A stretch of DNA of 62,966 nucleotides, the filler included, from Guillardia theta CCMP2712 (lineage: Eukaryota; Protista; Cryptophyta), in NCBI RefSeq assembly GCF_000315625.1. It is 6 parts of 6 records of this genome, joined end to end, with 100 filler letters (N's around TTAATTAATTAA, not from the genome) between each part and the next. Parts side by side here need not be neighbours in the genome. Positions count along the whole stretch, not along the records: positions 52,222 to 61,421 come from NW_005434602.1; positions 61,522 to 62,966 come from NW_005434036.1; 4 more parts are not named here. One strand, given 5' to 3'. This document shows positions 61,389 to 62,966 of this stretch, piece after piece. The notes below the pieces were generated by a model. The model searched no databases, was not told the origin of the DNA, and was given only the letters and a program-made list of their open reading frames with translations. How positions within the stretch are numbered: the first letter of the stretch is position 1; every line of letters starts with the position of its first letter. The translations under genes were made by a program, and so were the position numbers.

Positions 61389-62966
61389 TCTAAATCATGT
61401 ACAATGATCAGAACAGACGACNNNNNNNNNNNNNNNNNNNNNNNNNNNNNNNNNNNNNNNNNNNNTTAATTAATTAANNNNNNNNNNNNNNNNNNNNNNN
61501 NNNNNNNNNNNNNNNNNNNNNACATAGCAGCAGGTGTAACATCCAGCTGACAGGCTCCTCCTCCTCTCCCACTCTCCTTCCTCCCCGTCCTACCCTAACG
61601 CGCCAGTTTTGCCTTGCCCCCTCGCCTCCTCCATGCTCTGATTTTTTGCTCGTTCGCCTGTAAAGTGTGTTTCTTCTCCTGCTCTCACTGTAACCTCACC
61701 ATGCTCAAACAATAAAATTCATTCAAACGCAATCTTGACATCCTTCCTCTGAGCCAGCTGGGCGATCTGGTGGGAGAGCGAGGGAGGAAGCCTGCTCGCC
61801 ACCTGCCGCACCCAGTCAGATGGCAGCTCGAGAGCACGCGCAACTCCAGCCCCTCTCCCGAAGGCCCCTCTCCCGAAGGCCCCTCTCCCGAAGGGTTGTT
61901 GCTGAAGTCTTTCCTATGCTTCCTTTCTGTCCCGCTGCTTCCTCCTCTCTCCTCTCTCCGCCCTCCTTGACTTTCTTCCTGCCTGCTGCCAGCAGCATGC
62001 TTCCGTTCTAGATGCGACGTTTCCCTCTCCTCTGCCAATTGATTTCCTGCCCTCCTGCCCTCGTGCTCTCCTGCCCTCCTGCCCTCCTTCCCTCGTGCTC
62101 TCCTGCCCTTCTGCCCTCCTGCCCTCGTGCTCTTCTGCTCTCCTGCCCTCGTGCTCTCCTGCTCTCCTGCTCTCCTGCCCTCGTGCTCTCCTGCCCTCCT
62201 TCCCTCGTGCCCTCGTGCCCTCGTGCCCTCTTGCTCTTGTTGCGTCATGGCGTGGTTTCCGATGCGCCTCAAAGCGGATGAGATGCGACCGTTCCCTTTA
62301 CGAGGCTCGAGGGGGAGGAGGGGAGGGGAGGGGAGGGGAGGGGAGGGGAGGGGAGGGGAGGGGAGGGGAGGGGGGAAGGGGAGGGGAGGGGGGGAGGGGG
62401 AAGGGAGGGACGGCTGCCGTGAGTATAGTGGTGGAGGACGGAAATTCTCTCAAGAAGGGGAGGGAGGAGGGGATGAGACGCTTCCTTCTCGAGGACATGA
62501 AGTTTCAACCCGAGGATGCTGAAAGCTCTGCAGGAAGAGGCGCTCCATGGCGGGGGCTGCCGCCTTGAGTGCAGCCATGCTCCTGCTGGCGCTGCTGGTC
62601 AGAGCCGCTCATGACGAGTCCTGCGAGGATGGCGGGATGGATCGGACATGGACGGAAGAGCGCAGCGCCATGGCATGTCAGGAGGAGCGGGCCATGAAGC
62701 TCCTGTCCTCGAGGAGGCCAGACATGGCGGAGCTTCAGCGGTCGTCGCTCGCGGCATCAGCCATGGATCCTGACAACGGGTGGACCTGCCTCGTCGATGC
62801 TCTCGTTGCTGTTGCGCGGAAGCAACACGCTCGCGCGTCTGCAGAGTATGCAAAATGCATAGAGAGGTTGGAGAGTCCTCCTCCTCCTCCTCCTCGTCCT
62901 CCTCCTCCTCCTCCTCCTCCTCCTCCTCCTTTTGATGATCGGGCTGCGGTATCTAGTTTCTATTTT

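Noticed and set aside
61522-62966. Possible gene fragments at the window end
   Set aside because: Mostly low-complexity repeats and short ORFs with no recognisable motif; strand and structure could not be supported.

Overview
Eukaryotic, intron-rich draft-assembly DNA. It has ~45-nt GT-AG introns, microsatellite-filled introns, TTTAGGG repeats and N-gaps padded with TTAATTAATTAA; the style suggests a cryptophyte alga such as Guillardia theta (inference). Host genes: a coiled-coil gene, a Tudor-knot-like gene, a large membrane/secreted protein, the 3' part of alanyl-tRNA synthetase, a PstS-kinase-guanylate cyclase receptor, a PDZ gene, a double-Erv sulfhydryl oxidase, a giant repeat surface protein, CFAP100 and a DxD glycosyltransferase. 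Five main observations stand out. (1) A CRE-like RLE retrotransposon whose fixed 3' terminus has re-inserted many times into its own sequence as 22-480-nt pieces, several with 2-4-bp duplications. (2) A decayed Ulp1-protease/APE/RT/RNase H-like non-LTR element inserted exactly in register inside a TTTAGGG tract. (3) Two NLS-bearing arrays of 18-aa CEHGR zinc-binding repeats with a four-state variable position (candidate modular nucleic-acid readers). (4) A circularly permuted phosphate-binding PstS ectodomain on an apparently active kinase plus cyclase. (5) A 2.3-kb TIR element with a GAGG target duplication inserted at the same site of a 332-bp tandem repeat twice. Exon boundaries of multi-exon genes are approximate and were read by eye; no database searches were run.
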